From Minisyncoccota bacterium (lineage in GTDB: Bacteria > Patescibacteriota > Minisyncoccia > Phycocordibacterales > UBA1006), in contig JAQVEZ010000002.1 of assembly GCA_028697455.1 (NCBI GenBank), positions 25,486 through 89,485 of the forward strand: DNA of 64,000 nt, in the 5' to 3' direction. The notes beneath the pieces are model-generated. The model ran no database searches. It worked only from the letters and a program-made list of their open reading frames with translations, and was not told where the DNA came from. The translations under genes were made by a program, and so were the position numbers. Of this stretch, positions 9,179 through 19,042 are shown piece by piece. The first letter of the stretch is position 1. Each line of letters opens with the position of its first letter.

Positions 9179-9694
9179 ATGACAATCTCAATTATTGTAA
9201 GTATCCAAGTTTGCCCTGATTCTCCAAACCATTTTGGAATCGGAAAGGGTTTAGAACTCCTTCATGATCTTTCCGATGATAAAAAAAATTTCAAGGAAGT
9301 CACCAAGAACAAAGTAGTCATTATGGGAAGAAACACCTGGGAATCAATTCCTCGACAATTCAGACCACTTCCCAATCGAAAAAATGTTCTTATCTCCTCA
9401 ACGATACAACCAGAGGGTGTCGAGACATATCACGATCTTGATTCAGCTCTCAAAGCACTCGAAGACTCAGGTGAACACGAAGAGGTATTCATCATGGGAG
9501 GAAGCAGGCTTTATTTGGAAGCATTACCAAAAACTCAGCGTATCTATTTAACAATAGTCCGGGCTGATAAAGAAGCTGATATTTTCTTTCCAAAAACTGA
9601 CTTAAAGAAGGAATTCCCTACACTTCGCAAAAGAGTAAAACTCATTGACGAAAAAACAGGAATCCCATGGGAATATCTCATTATTGAGAGATAA
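9179..9694 (+). CDS. folA: Dihydrofolate reductase
   Basis: VIMGRNTWESIPRQFRPLPNRKNVLIS and FIMGGSRLY are classical DHFR motifs; 171 aa. Confidence 0.85.
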   Translation: MTISIIVSIQVCPDSPNHFGIGKGLELLHDLSDDKKNFKEVTKNKVVIMGRNTWESIPRQFRPLPNRKNVLISSTIQPEGVETYHDLDSALKALEDSGEHEEVFIMGGSRLYLEALPKTQRIYLTIVRADKEADIFFPKTDLKKEFPTLRKRVKLIDEKTGIPWEYLIIER

Positions 9695-9704
9695 TTTAAA
9701 AATG

Positions 9705-9741
9705 AGCGCCTAAATAAAGTTTAGGCGCTTTCTTTATTCAA
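9705..9741 (+). terminator. Rho-independent terminator after folA
   Basis: GAGCGCCTAAAtaaagTTTAGGCGCTTTCTTT. Confidence 0.6.
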
Positions 9742-9799
9742 AAATTGACAAAAAGAAATAAAAACTAATAATGAAATAAAATATAAAACTTTATAAACT

Positions 9800-10756
9800 A
9801 TGAGTTATCACATTGATAAAAACTATCATGGACTTCTCAAAGAAATCCTTGATCACGGCCTCTTTAGAAGCCCTGAAGAAGAACGAACAGGAACAGGAAC
9901 AAAAGGAATTTTTGGCTACCAATACCGGTGCCCTAATGTTTCTGAACAATTCCCCCTCATAACAACCAAAAAAGTTTATTTTAAATCGGTTGTTACTGAG
10001 CTCTTATGGAAAATTTCTGGCTCAACAAACATCAGACCCTTGGTGCTTGCTGAAAATCGCATTTGGAACGAATGGCCTTTTCAAAATTATTTGAAAAAAA
10101 CAAATCAGGAAAAAGACTTTCCAAAATATTCAGAGCAGTGGGAATTTGCTATGAAAATGTTTGTTGAAGATATTAAGTCATCAGAAGATTTTGCAAAAAA
10201 GTGGGGTGGTCTTGGCCCAACTTATGGACATCATTTCAGACATTTTTCTGGATACAACCCTGAAACGGACACCCTTGTAGAAGGCTTTGACCAACTTATT
10301 GACGCAATCAACACGATCAGAGATAACCCGGGTTCACGTCGTATCATCATCAGTCTTTGGAATGCAACGGAGAACCCTTACACGCTCTTGCCTCCATGTC
10401 CTTGTTTCTACCACTTTGCTGTACTTGGTGGAAAATTACATCTCCAGATGTATCAGCGAAGCTGTGATACTTTTCTTGGGGTACCCTTTAACACGGCACA
10501 AGATGCTTTATTTCTGTTGCTTGTTGCACAGGTATGTGGTCTCCCTGCAGGAGATTTTATTCACACCTTTGGAGATGCTCATATTTATTCAAATCATTTT
10601 GAACAAGTAAGATTGCAGCTATCCCGGGACTCCAGACCTATGCCTCGAGTAGAGTTGAATCCCAGTATTAAAAATATTGACGGATTCACCCCTGAGGATA
10701 TCAAACTTGTTGGGTATGATCCTCATCCTACTATTAAGGCACGGGTTGCGGTGTAA
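9800..10756 (+). CDS. thyA: Thymidylate synthase (ThyA type), with an internal insertion
   Basis: RRIIISLWN, LPPCPCFYHF (catalytic Cys in the LPPCH-like motif), MYQRSCDTFLGVPFN, DAHIYSNH; 318 aa. Confidence 0.9.
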   Translation: MSYHIDKNYHGLLKEILDHGLFRSPEEERTGTGTKGIFGYQYRCPNVSEQFPLITTKKVYFKSVVTELLWKISGSTNIRPLVLAENRIWNEWPFQNYLKKTNQEKDFPKYSEQWEFAMKMFVEDIKSSEDFAKKWGGLGPTYGHHFRHFSGYNPETDTLVEGFDQLIDAINTIRDNPGSRRIIISLWNATENPYTLLPPCPCFYHFAVLGGKLHLQMYQRSCDTFLGVPFNTAQDALFLLLVAQVCGLPAGDFIHTFGDAHIYSNHFEQVRLQLSRDSRPMPRVELNPSIKNIDGFTPEDIKLVGYDPHPTIKARVAV

Positions 10757-10774
10757 CTCTCAAAAAAAGTGAAT

Positions 10775-10812
10775 AAACAAAAAAGCTTTTCCATTTTTTC
10801 TTTGGAAAAGCT
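10775..10812. terminator. Bidirectional terminator between thyA and the convergent M15 peptidase gene
   Basis: AAAAGCTTTTCCAttttttctTTGGAAAAGCTTTTTT. Confidence 0.6.
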
Positions 10813-10815
10813 TTT

Positions 10816-11733
10816 TTATAATCCATTTTCAAGAGGTTCTTCGGTATTTTCAAGTGTCTTAGGAGAAAAATTCTTGAGAATATCAGGAGACACCCACACA
10901 AACTCCCATGGCTCTGGATCAGGTCCTTGTGGGCGACCGCCTTCAGGGTAGCTTGGAATAAAACCAAAGCGTTTTGCATTTTCAAAATTCTCAGCCGAAA
11001 GCCATTCATAACAATTAGTAGAGGCAAAACTATAAACCAAGTAATCATCTCCACAACCAAAATCAACCGCGTATCCTGTATGATGTTTTGAATATCCCGG
11101 GAGAGCAGAAACCTTAAGCATTTTATCAATAAGGTCATCATATATCCCAGAAGGGATAAGTTCTGTCTGGATACCCATAAGTTTATTCTTTATCAACGTT
11201 CTTTGGTGAGTTGACGAGCGATATCCAGAAACAAAGTGGAGCCGTATTCCTTCTTTCATCATTTCATTTCTCATTCGGACATATGCATCACGAACTTCGG
11301 GATAGGTTTCAACATTTTCGAAGTGAATAATTTTTTTGGGATCAGCAAACCCTCTTTGTTGATACCCACGAGATTCTGCAAGATTTCGCAGATAGTTATC
11401 GACGAGCTCATCCTGAAAGATATATTTTCGAAGAAAAGAGAGATGTGCGTTTCTTTCAAAAAGATTAAAGAGATCAACAAAGTCCTGTGCATCCATGCAA
11501 GGAAACAAGCCACAAAAAGGAATTTTTTCTTCTTCTGGTATTACCTCCTCTTGAAACATCTCGACCTTTTCAACATTTACTTCTTCAAAATTATCATCCT
11601 GAGCAAGTTCTTCTTGATGCTCTTCCTGAGGGAAGGTATGAAGAAGTGAAAATCGCTCAACGACAAAAAGCGCTGCTCCCCAAAGAAGGAGCACCAAGAA
11701 AATAACAATATATTTTTTATTTCCCTGAAACAT
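10816..11733 (-). CDS. VanY-like D-alanyl-D-alanine carboxypeptidase (peptidase M15), membrane-anchored
   Basis: N-terminal TM (IVIFLVLLLWGAALFVV); SGYRSSTHQ...HHTGYAVDF is the Zn-binding SxHxxGxAxD signature of VanY/M15B peptidases. Confidence 0.7.
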   Translation of the reverse strand: MFQGNKKYIVIFLVLLLWGAALFVVERFSLLHTFPQEEHQEELAQDDNFEEVNVEKVEMFQEEVIPEEEKIPFCGLFPCMDAQDFVDLFNLFERNAHLSFLRKYIFQDELVDNYLRNLAESRGYQQRGFADPKKIIHFENVETYPEVRDAYVRMRNEMMKEGIRLHFVSGYRSSTHQRTLIKNKLMGIQTELIPSGIYDDLIDKMLKVSALPGYSKHHTGYAVDFGCGDDYLVYSFASTNCYEWLSAENFENAKRFGFIPSYPEGGRPQGPDPEPWEFVWVSPDILKNFSPKTLENTEEPLENGL

Positions 11734-12928
11734 ATGATGCGTGTTGTCTTAGAATGGTATCAATTCGACCGGCGAGTACTTTTATTTCTTTTTCTTTAAT
11801 ACCTTTGGTTGTTTCAAAAGCCATCCCCAAACGAATTCCCGATGGATCTTGAGGAGAGCGTGTGTCGAAGGGAATTGTGTTCATATTTACAATAATTCCT
11901 TCTTTTTCTAAAAATTCACTAGCTTCTTTTCCCCCTAATCCCTTCCCTTTGTTCCAAACATCAAGAAGAAAAAGGTGATTATCAGTACCGCCACTTACAA
12001 TTCTCCATCCTTTTTTCTGAAGTTCAGAAGAAAGGGTTTTTGTGTTGTTTATTACTTTTTGTATATAGGTCTTAAAAGAAGTGCTTTTTGCCTCTTTCAA
12101 GGCAACAGCAATTCCTGCGATTTGATTCATGTGAGGACCTCCTTGGAGTCCTGGGAAAACAGCCTTCTGAATCTTTTCAAAAAAACCAGTATCTTTCTTT
12201 GAAAAAATAAGTGCCCCTCGCGGACCACGCAGAGTTTTGTGGGTTGTTGTGGTAACAACATCAGCATATACAAAAGGTGAAGGGTGAAGTCCTGTTGCAA
12301 CCAGACCCGCAATGTGAGAAATATCAACCATCAAAATACTACCCCCTGCATCAGCAGCTTCGCGCATTTTTTTAAAATTAATTTTTCTTGAATAGGCGGA
12401 ATAACCAACCACAAGAATGTCAGGGCGTTCTTTAGTAGCAATCTCTTTAATCTTTTCATAATCAAGTCGTTCTGTTTTTGGATCAAGTTCATAAGAAACT
12501 TGTTTCCATAATTTTCCTGTAACAGAAACAGCGTGTCCGTGGGTGAGGTGTCCTCCATGAGAGAGTTTCATTCCCATAATCTTACCTCCAAGAGGAACAA
12601 GCGCATGATACACCGCAAGGTTTGCAGGAGATCCAGAAAGAGCCTGAACATTAACTCCCCATTTCTTTAGATTAAGATTAAAAAGATCTCCTGCTCTTGT
12701 TATTGCAAGATTCTCAAGTTCATCAATAAAAATATTTCCTCGATAGTAACGAGCCCCTGGATATCCTTCGGCATATTTATTTCCTAAATCAGAGGCAAGT
12801 GCTTCTTTTACATCCTGAGAAACATAATTTTCTGATGCAATAAGATTTATCGTTTTTTTCTGTCGTTCTGATTCTTTTGTGAGAATTTTTTTAACCATAA
12901 GGTCCTTCATATTTGACCAGTATAGCAA
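11717..12928 (-). CDS. glyA: Serine hydroxymethyltransferase
   Basis: LIASENYVSQDV, GHLTHG, VVTTTTHKTLRGPRGALIF (PLP-lysine region); 403 aa. An alternative start at ATG 12910 is possible. Confidence 0.9.
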   Translation of the reverse strand: MLYWSNMKDLMVKKILTKESERQKKTINLIASENYVSQDVKEALASDLGNKYAEGYPGARYYRGNIFIDELENLAITRAGDLFNLNLKKWGVNVQALSGSPANLAVYHALVPLGGKIMGMKLSHGGHLTHGHAVSVTGKLWKQVSYELDPKTERLDYEKIKEIATKERPDILVVGYSAYSRKINFKKMREAADAGGSILMVDISHIAGLVATGLHPSPFVYADVVTTTTHKTLRGPRGALIFSKKDTGFFEKIQKAVFPGLQGGPHMNQIAGIAVALKEAKSTSFKTYIQKVINNTKTLSSELQKKGWRIVSGGTDNHLFLLDVWNKGKGLGGKEASEFLEKEGIIVNMNTIPFDTRSPQDPSGIRLGMAFETTKGIKEKEIKVLAGRIDTILRQHASYVSGK

Positions 12929-13007
12929 AATGAGAGAAAAAACAAGAACGAAAAACTAAAGAAAAACTAAAATGACAAATGGGAGTATCTATGCTATAAT
13001 CCAAAAT

Positions 13008-13808
13008 ATGAATAGCAAAAACAAAAAACTTATCGTCGCAAACTGGAAAATGAACGTTGTTTCTGAAAAAGACGCTGAAAATCTCTTCCTTTCCATAAAA
13101 AACGTCGTTCCAAAGCTTGATTATGTAAAAATGGTAACCTGCCCTCCTCATATGTATGTATCTCAGGTGGCTGCTCTTGTTGATCACCCTAACTATCGTG
13201 TTGGTGGGCAGGACGCCTACCCAGAGGAATCCGGGTCACGTACGGGAGAAACTTCTGTTCTTATGATGAAGAACGCTGGGGCAGAATACATTATTCTTGG
13301 GCATTCAGAACGACGACACCTCGAAACAAAACTTGATGTTGCTCGCAAAATAAGTGCTGTTCTCGAACATGAAATGACTCCTATTATTTGTATCGGAGAA
13401 GAGTCTCGTGATAAAACCTGGAAAAAACAACTCCAAAAACAACTCCAAGATGTTTTTACACGCGTTCCAAAAAAGAACCCAGAGAATATCATTATTGCCT
13501 ATGAACCTATTTGGGCAATTAGCTCAGATAAAAAATCTCCAGCAAGTGCTGCTGAATGTATGGAAGCGCTCGAGGTAATTAAAGCTGAGCTCCTCAAGAT
13601 ATTCAAAACAGCAAAAGCCGTCTCTGCAATACGATTTCTCTATGGAGGGTCTCTTGACGACAAAAATATTGAAGAGTTTCTCAAAGAAACTGACGTTGAC
13701 GGTTTCCTTATTGGAAGAGTATCTCTTGACCCACGAATTCTGATGACGATGTTTCGTTTGGTTGATGATCATGTGTATCAATCATCACTAAAAAAAGAAG
13801 AGGAATAA
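13008..13808 (+). CDS. tpiA: Triosephosphate isomerase
   Basis: LIVANWKMN, GHSERR, IAYEPIWAIS, YGGS. Start placed at ATG 13008, which has a TATAAT box 7 nt upstream. Confidence 0.85.
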   Translation: MNSKNKKLIVANWKMNVVSEKDAENLFLSIKNVVPKLDYVKMVTCPPHMYVSQVAALVDHPNYRVGGQDAYPEESGSRTGETSVLMMKNAGAEYIILGHSERRHLETKLDVARKISAVLEHEMTPIICIGEESRDKTWKKQLQKQLQDVFTRVPKKNPENIIIAYEPIWAISSDKKSPASAAECMEALEVIKAELLKIFKTAKAVSAIRFLYGGSLDDKNIEEFLKETDVDGFLIGRVSLDPRILMTMFRLVDDHVYQSSLKKEEE

Positions 13809-13847
13809 CTCTTCTTTTTTTATTTCTTCATATTGTATTATTCAAGC

Positions 13848-15155
13848 TTAACAAGATTGAGTTTGTGCTTGTGGTTTTGGTTGAGGACAAAGATTCTCAG
13901 GTACTTGATTTCCTTGGTTGTCTTTACAGATAGCCGTACGTGTTTGGCTTGCTCCAGTGACATTCCAGGTACAAAGATTGTTTGTGTAAAAAGGATCGGT
14001 ACAATCTTCTTCACTGTAATTATAATATGCACAAATGGTATCACTATAAAGAGGAACAGAACCAGTAACACTATTTACATACCCTGGAGTTGAAGGTCCT
14101 CCACCAGGGTTATCTGACCCTTGCCCAGGAGTAACACTAACTCTGTGCCAAACCCCATTATTGATAGAAGGTTCGTAATAAAGAGATCCCCAAAATCCTC
14201 CAATTTCTCGAATACAAGCTCCTGCCCCCATAGGGTTTAAGTCCATATTTGTCCCAACATTGACGTCTCTTCCGAGTGGTGTTTCCGGGGCACACTGATA
14301 AAAATTTTGAGCTTGAGTTGGGGTAGAATAAACCCTTCCATTAACCCATTCAAAAGGATTCCCTGCCCAATCAACCTTATAATGAGCCGATGGTCCTTGA
14401 CAGCTTCCTACACCACCAGTACAAGCTCCCCAAGGAGACCAGTCCCAATGATAGGTTGTTGTTACCTTATTTGCCCAACAGTTTGCGGTAGGACCTCCGA
14501 GTTGTCCAGTACAACTCCATTTGAAGAGGTTCCCTTCCGTGATAACTCCAGGCATTGATCCAGTAATAAGACAGAGTCCTTCTGTTGGTGGTTCAGCAAA
14601 GGTCTGTTGATGTGAAGGTCCACAGACTCCAGGAATAGGGGTTGGATCATCAGGAGGAGTTGTTGTTGAACAACGTTCAATTCTTCCAAAATCATTCACA
14701 CAGGCGGGGACATAAGGGTCAGCACTTGGATCAGCCAAACTATCAATACGGATATATCCGTCTACTCTCAAAGGTGCATCTGCAGGGGCTGACGATACCG
14801 ATCCAACCGTAAGACGATGGATAAGGGTGTCTTGATAGGCAACGATATTGTTAAAGAACGATGTTCCAAAAACACGGAAGGTAATATTTTTTGCAGTATT
14901 AAACCAACTCAAAGGAGTTGTTCCAAGAGATCCGTTTGAAAATTGCTTTGGTGCAAGCTGAAATGATGGAATCAAAAATGAACTTCCAAGAGAACCGTTT
15001 CCAAGTTTTGTAAGGAGTTGCCCCACAACTCCTGGTTCCTGAGTATCGTCTATTCCTCCACCAATAGTTCCTTGGGCAAGAACAGGAGAAACAAAAGAAG
15101 AAGAAAGAAGTGCAAAAGCAAACACAAAGGATGTTACAATAAGGTATTTTTTCAT
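13848..15155 (-). CDS. Secreted Cys-rich repeat protein (4-Cys modules plus thrombospondin-type-1-like WxxWxxW...C repeats)
   Basis: Signal peptide MKKYLIVTSFVFAFALLSSSFVSPVLA. Modules GVCGPSHQQTFAEPPTEGLCLITG...WSCTGQLGGPTANCWA, then YHWDWSPWGACTGGVGSC and TRTAICKDNQGN...LC. N-terminal domain homologous to that of 17559..19034 (ITFRVFGTS vs VTFRVLQNATFATS). Confidence 0.6.
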   Translation of the reverse strand: MKKYLIVTSFVFAFALLSSSFVSPVLAQGTIGGGIDDTQEPGVVGQLLTKLGNGSLGSSFLIPSFQLAPKQFSNGSLGTTPLSWFNTAKNITFRVFGTSFFNNIVAYQDTLIHRLTVGSVSSAPADAPLRVDGYIRIDSLADPSADPYVPACVNDFGRIERCSTTTPPDDPTPIPGVCGPSHQQTFAEPPTEGLCLITGSMPGVITEGNLFKWSCTGQLGGPTANCWANKVTTTYHWDWSPWGACTGGVGSCQGPSAHYKVDWAGNPFEWVNGRVYSTPTQAQNFYQCAPETPLGRDVNVGTNMDLNPMGAGACIREIGGFWGSLYYEPSINNGVWHRVSVTPGQGSDNPGGGPSTPGYVNSVTGSVPLYSDTICAYYNYSEEDCTDPFYTNNLCTWNVTGASQTRTAICKDNQGNQVPENLCPQPKPQAQTQSC

Positions 15156-15187
15156 AATAATATAATAGATTGACTCAATAATAACGA

Positions 15188-15829
15188 TTAACCTTGCTCA
15201 CTTCCTAACCCTCCTCCACCAGAACTTCGTGGACACAAAATAATTTTACCACTTTGGTCAGAGCACACTTTTCTTTGCCTCGTAGTATTTTGTGGGGCAT
15301 AGGTTATTCCCGACCACCATGCCAAAGAACTCAAGAGCATACTGTGAATACTTGATCCTACATCTCCTTTTATAATAAATGAACTGTCATAGGATTCAAA
15401 GCTTCCTCCTCCTGATCCACTACCCGTTCCTACCGTAACAAGTCCTCCTACTTGTGCAGGGGTTCGAACGACAAGTCGTGGAAAGACAGCAGAGCCGTTC
15501 ACATCAAGACATGATTGTGCTTGGGTTGCAAATTTTTCTGGAACACTTGGGTTAAAAATAAGACACCGATTAACAAGACTCTCTTCTCCCCCAAAAAGAG
15601 GGGCAATTCTCCAGTAGTTAGGACTTGAACTGTGTCCAATTGCCAAAGACCCGAGTCGACTAATAAAACTCCCTGGGGAGATAAAAGGAAGGGTATTTTG
15701 TATCTCTGGCGCGCTATTCCCAACAGGGTTTGAGAGCTGCGCTCTTGCAATCAGGGCTGAACCTCCAATGACTGCAATCCCAAGAACCACAGCAAAAGCA
15801 AAATAAGAAAAGTTAAAAGAATTTTTCAT
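15188..15829 (-). CDS. Secreted Gly/Ser-rich protein of the same tandem family
   Basis: Signal peptide MKNSFNFSYFAFAVVLGIAVIGGSALIARA; GSGSGGGS and SSGGGGLG low-complexity runs. Confidence 0.5.
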   Translation of the reverse strand: MKNSFNFSYFAFAVVLGIAVIGGSALIARAQLSNPVGNSAPEIQNTLPFISPGSFISRLGSLAIGHSSSPNYWRIAPLFGGEESLVNRCLIFNPSVPEKFATQAQSCLDVNGSAVFPRLVVRTPAQVGGLVTVGTGSGSGGGSFESYDSSFIIKGDVGSSIHSMLLSSLAWWSGITYAPQNTTRQRKVCSDQSGKIILCPRSSGGGGLGSEQG

Positions 15830-15966
15830 AGATATGATAATTGATCAACTATTAGAAATTAATAGTACCTTTAGTATATCATAGATAATTTGAGCAAGAC
15901 AAGTAAAAAAGCCTTCTACATATCGAGTATGTAAAAGGCTTTAAGTCACAAAGAAAGAAAGGCTTT

Positions 15967-17433
15967 TCATTTCTTAATGACTTTCTGGGTAAAAACTTTT
16001 TTCCCATCGTGGACCTTGAGGATATACACCCCAGCAGGAAGATTCTCCAAAGAAATTCTGTTCTCATAGAGAGCACCTCTTGAGACCCGTACTCCTGCGA
16101 GTGTATAGAGCTCAAAAGACTCGAGTCTCACATCACTTTCAAGATGCAACACGCTACTCGTTGGATTCGGATAGACGCGAACTGAGAGCTTGTTCTCTCC
16201 TTGATCGCTGGTTCCCATAATGAGGTTGCTGAAATAAATTTCAGCCTCAGCAAAGTCCGTTTGTGGATGTTTACCCATATAGAAAAGATCATCATCTCCG
16301 TCTCCGTCAAAATCAGCAGCAATGGCAGAACCAAAATAGAGCTGCTTAAGGAGCAATGCCTTATTAAGGGAGAAAGTCCCCCCATCATTCAAGAAAAGCC
16401 TCCCATCATCATCGTTGTTCGCCGAAGATGCATAGAATTCATCGTAGCCGTCCCCATCAAAATCATGGAGGAATATTGTGTCTGACGTCCAATTAAACTG
16501 CTGAGAGAGGCTAAAACTACCATCTCCGTTGTTAACATAGAACAAAGTTTGGTCTCCTTCATGACTCATGACAAAATCAGGAAGACTATCTCCGTTAATA
16601 TTTCCAGTAGCAAAAGACACAATTCCTGCTGGAGGGAAAGGAACAAATTGTCCACCCCCAGTACGAACAGGATTAATAACTTCTTCAAAATTCCCAGAGC
16701 CGTAATTAAGGAACAATCGTGTAGGTCCTTGTCCTCCATAAAAAATGTCAGGATAACCATTACCGTCAATATCAGCAAAAGCTATGCCAAGACCAGTTTC
16801 ACCATCAAGATCAGGGAGGTTTGATGTTACTTCAGTAAAAGTTCCGTCGCCATTATTACGGAGAAACTTGATTTTTGTCTTTCCTCGGTCATATTTATCA
16901 ACCCAACGAAAAACAATATCCTTGTCTCCATCCCCGTCAAAATCTATAGCAAAACATGAAGTATAAAACGGTGTCCAAGAGATAATAATTTCTACTTCAA
17001 TAAAGGTTCCGTCTCCATTTCCAAGATACAGAAAACTCTTAAAGTTTTCGGGGTTTTGATTATAGGATTCAAAAACTCCTGAAATAAAAACATCTTCGTG
17101 ACCATCATTATTGAAATCATCAACAACAGGTTCACCCCCAGCAAGGTGCTGAAAGGGTGTACTAGCTGTCCAGGTTCGGTCTCCATTATTAATATGGAGA
17201 TGACTTTCGATTACCAAGGTAAAGGGTATCGGCGTCATTACTTGTTTAATTGCCCCGATCGTTACGATATCCAGGAGCCCATCTTCATCAAAGTCTCCAA
17301 CAGCTGGCTTTCCAGCAAATTTACCCTGGATGCCATGATTTAGTCCACGAGTGAACGAAAGCTCACCCGAATGTTGCTGCGCTCCGAGGTAGCATCCCGC
17401 TACCAGCATGAGCAAGAAAATAAAGTTTTTCAT
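15967..17433 (-). CDS. FG-GAP/VCBS-repeat beta-propeller protein with a T9SS-type C-terminal sorting domain
   Basis: Signal peptide. Repeated Ca-binding-like motifs DFDEDGLLDIV, DFNNDGHEDVF, DFDGDGDKDIV, DIDGNGYPDIF, DFDGDGYDEF, DFDGDGDDDLF. C-terminus VYPNPTSSVLHLES...FELYTLAGVRV...LPAGVYILKV...TQKVIKK matches the Por secretion C-terminal domain consensus. Confidence 0.65.
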   Translation of the reverse strand: MKNFIFLLMLVAGCYLGAQQHSGELSFTRGLNHGIQGKFAGKPAVGDFDEDGLLDIVTIGAIKQVMTPIPFTLVIESHLHINNGDRTWTASTPFQHLAGGEPVVDDFNNDGHEDVFISGVFESYNQNPENFKSFLYLGNGDGTFIEVEIIISWTPFYTSCFAIDFDGDGDKDIVFRWVDKYDRGKTKIKFLRNNGDGTFTEVTSNLPDLDGETGLGIAFADIDGNGYPDIFYGGQGPTRLFLNYGSGNFEEVINPVRTGGGQFVPFPPAGIVSFATGNINGDSLPDFVMSHEGDQTLFYVNNGDGSFSLSQQFNWTSDTIFLHDFDGDGYDEFYASSANNDDDGRLFLNDGGTFSLNKALLLKQLYFGSAIAADFDGDGDDDLFYMGKHPQTDFAEAEIYFSNLIMGTSDQGENKLSVRVYPNPTSSVLHLESDVRLESFELYTLAGVRVSRGALYENRISLENLPAGVYILKVHDGKKVFTQKVIKK

Positions 17434-17558
17434 TTTTAATTATTAATATTTTGACTTTAGTATACTACATAAACAATATAAATCAAGGAGTTATCAACAA
17501 GTAAAAACTCACCCTTTTGGGTGAGTTTTTGGCAAAATAAGAGTATTAAAGAAGTGCG

Positions 17559-19034
17559 TTAATAGGAACCTCCTCGTCCATGAATAATCGTTGAGAGAAA
17601 TGGGTTTCCAAGAGCATTGTAGAGGGTAAGACTTGCTGAAGAATCTCCATCTCCATTACCTGCTTCTGATTCAGTTCCTCCACAAGCCTGAATCTCAACG
17701 GTTGCTTTTCCTGTGGCATCAAGTTTGAAGGTTCCGGTATTTTGTTGGTACCTTGGTATCCCAAGACTTGCACCACCGACATGTCGTATAAAGGTGTATC
17801 CTGAAGCAGCATGTCCTGGATTTGAAAGTGCCATGTAATGAATCGTCTGATTGGGAGCTCCTGAGATAACATATCGCTCGAGCCAACCTGCATCCTGAGG
17901 AGGTTCAACAAATGACAATTCACACCATGATACCCATCCTCCGCTAAAGGTTGGATTACATCCTTCAGTTGTTGTTTGAGGGGCTGGTTTTGGTCCGACG
18001 TTAACAATACATACCTGATCATCATGAGTGTTTCCGTTGCTGTCTTTACAGATAGCATTTCGAGTCTTGATGCCATCAACACACTGTCCATAAGGACCCC
18101 AGTCCCAATAGTACCCTACCTGTTCTTTTGGAGCTAAACAGTTAGCAACATCTCCTGTTGCTGAGGTACAAGACCAGGTAAAGGAAGAAGATCCTTCGTT
18201 CACCGCTGAAGCAGTTCCTACTGAACACAAACCGGTCGTTGGTGCTGTTTGGGTTGGAACGCCATTGGCTGGACCACAGACTGCCATTTCAGGAACGACT
18301 CGTGGTGTTGTACAGAGCTGATTTGATCCTCCATTCTGTCCAAAACAAGTCCAACTATATGAGCTTGCTCCAATCATAATTCCCGAAGCAATACCACTGG
18401 TACAAAGATTTCCTGTTGGAGGGTTATTATAAGGGCCTCCGTTAACAATGGCTGCATTACACACCCCATTAACAGGTTGTGCTGTTGGGCAAGGAACAAG
18501 TGTTCCGTCTCGTGTGATACATACTTCTTGAGGGGTAGCTTTGTTATGAGAAAGAGGCACTGAAAGAGCTGTCCCCCATACATTTACCCTCTGAAGATAT
18601 TGAGCTGGGGTTTTTCCTGCGTAGTTTTGTTTCCAGATAGCAAGCCCTGGCCCAATAGCATCGGTGTTGGTTCCTCCAAGGAAGAGACTTGTTGCAAATG
18701 TTGCATTCTGAAGAACACGGAAGGTAACCTTTTCTTTATAATTACTATTTGTCCAACTATTATCAAAGAGACTCACGTCACTACTTTGAGATCCTCGAGT
18801 ATCGAGTTGTGCACCCGAAAGAATAGCACACAAGGCATTAGGACACCCGATACGGAGGTTATCAATGACCTGATCTCCTCCTCCTTTATGAATCAAAGGA
18901 GCAAGGGCGCTTGGTCCTGCTGGTGGAGGAGTTGCTCCTTCGGCAAGAGCAAACCAAGAAACAAGAACAAGAAGAGCCAGAACAACAAGAGGAAAATTTA
19001 TTTTTTGCTTAAAGAATTTTTTCATAGTATTCAT
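17559..19034 (-). CDS. Secreted Cys-rich repeat protein (paralog of 13848..15155)
   Basis: Signal peptide. Modules GVCNAAIVNGGPYNNPPTGNLCTSG...YSWTCFGQNGGSNQLC and AVCGPANGVPTQTAPTTGLCSVG...FTWSCTSATGDVANC, then YYWDWGPYGQCVDGIKTRNAICKDSNGN...VC (TSP1-like). Confidence 0.6.
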   Translation of the reverse strand: MNTMKKFFKQKINFPLVVLALLVLVSWFALAEGATPPPAGPSALAPLIHKGGGDQVIDNLRIGCPNALCAILSGAQLDTRGSQSSDVSLFDNSWTNSNYKEKVTFRVLQNATFATSLFLGGTNTDAIGPGLAIWKQNYAGKTPAQYLQRVNVWGTALSVPLSHNKATPQEVCITRDGTLVPCPTAQPVNGVCNAAIVNGGPYNNPPTGNLCTSGIASGIMIGASSYSWTCFGQNGGSNQLCTTPRVVPEMAVCGPANGVPTQTAPTTGLCSVGTASAVNEGSSSFTWSCTSATGDVANCLAPKEQVGYYWDWGPYGQCVDGIKTRNAICKDSNGNTHDDQVCIVNVGPKPAPQTTTEGCNPTFSGGWVSWCELSFVEPPQDAGWLERYVISGAPNQTIHYMALSNPGHAASGYTFIRHVGGASLGIPRYQQNTGTFKLDATGKATVEIQACGGTESEAGNGDGDSSASLTLYNALGNPFLSTIIHGRGGSY

Positions 19035-19042
19035 TATATTAA

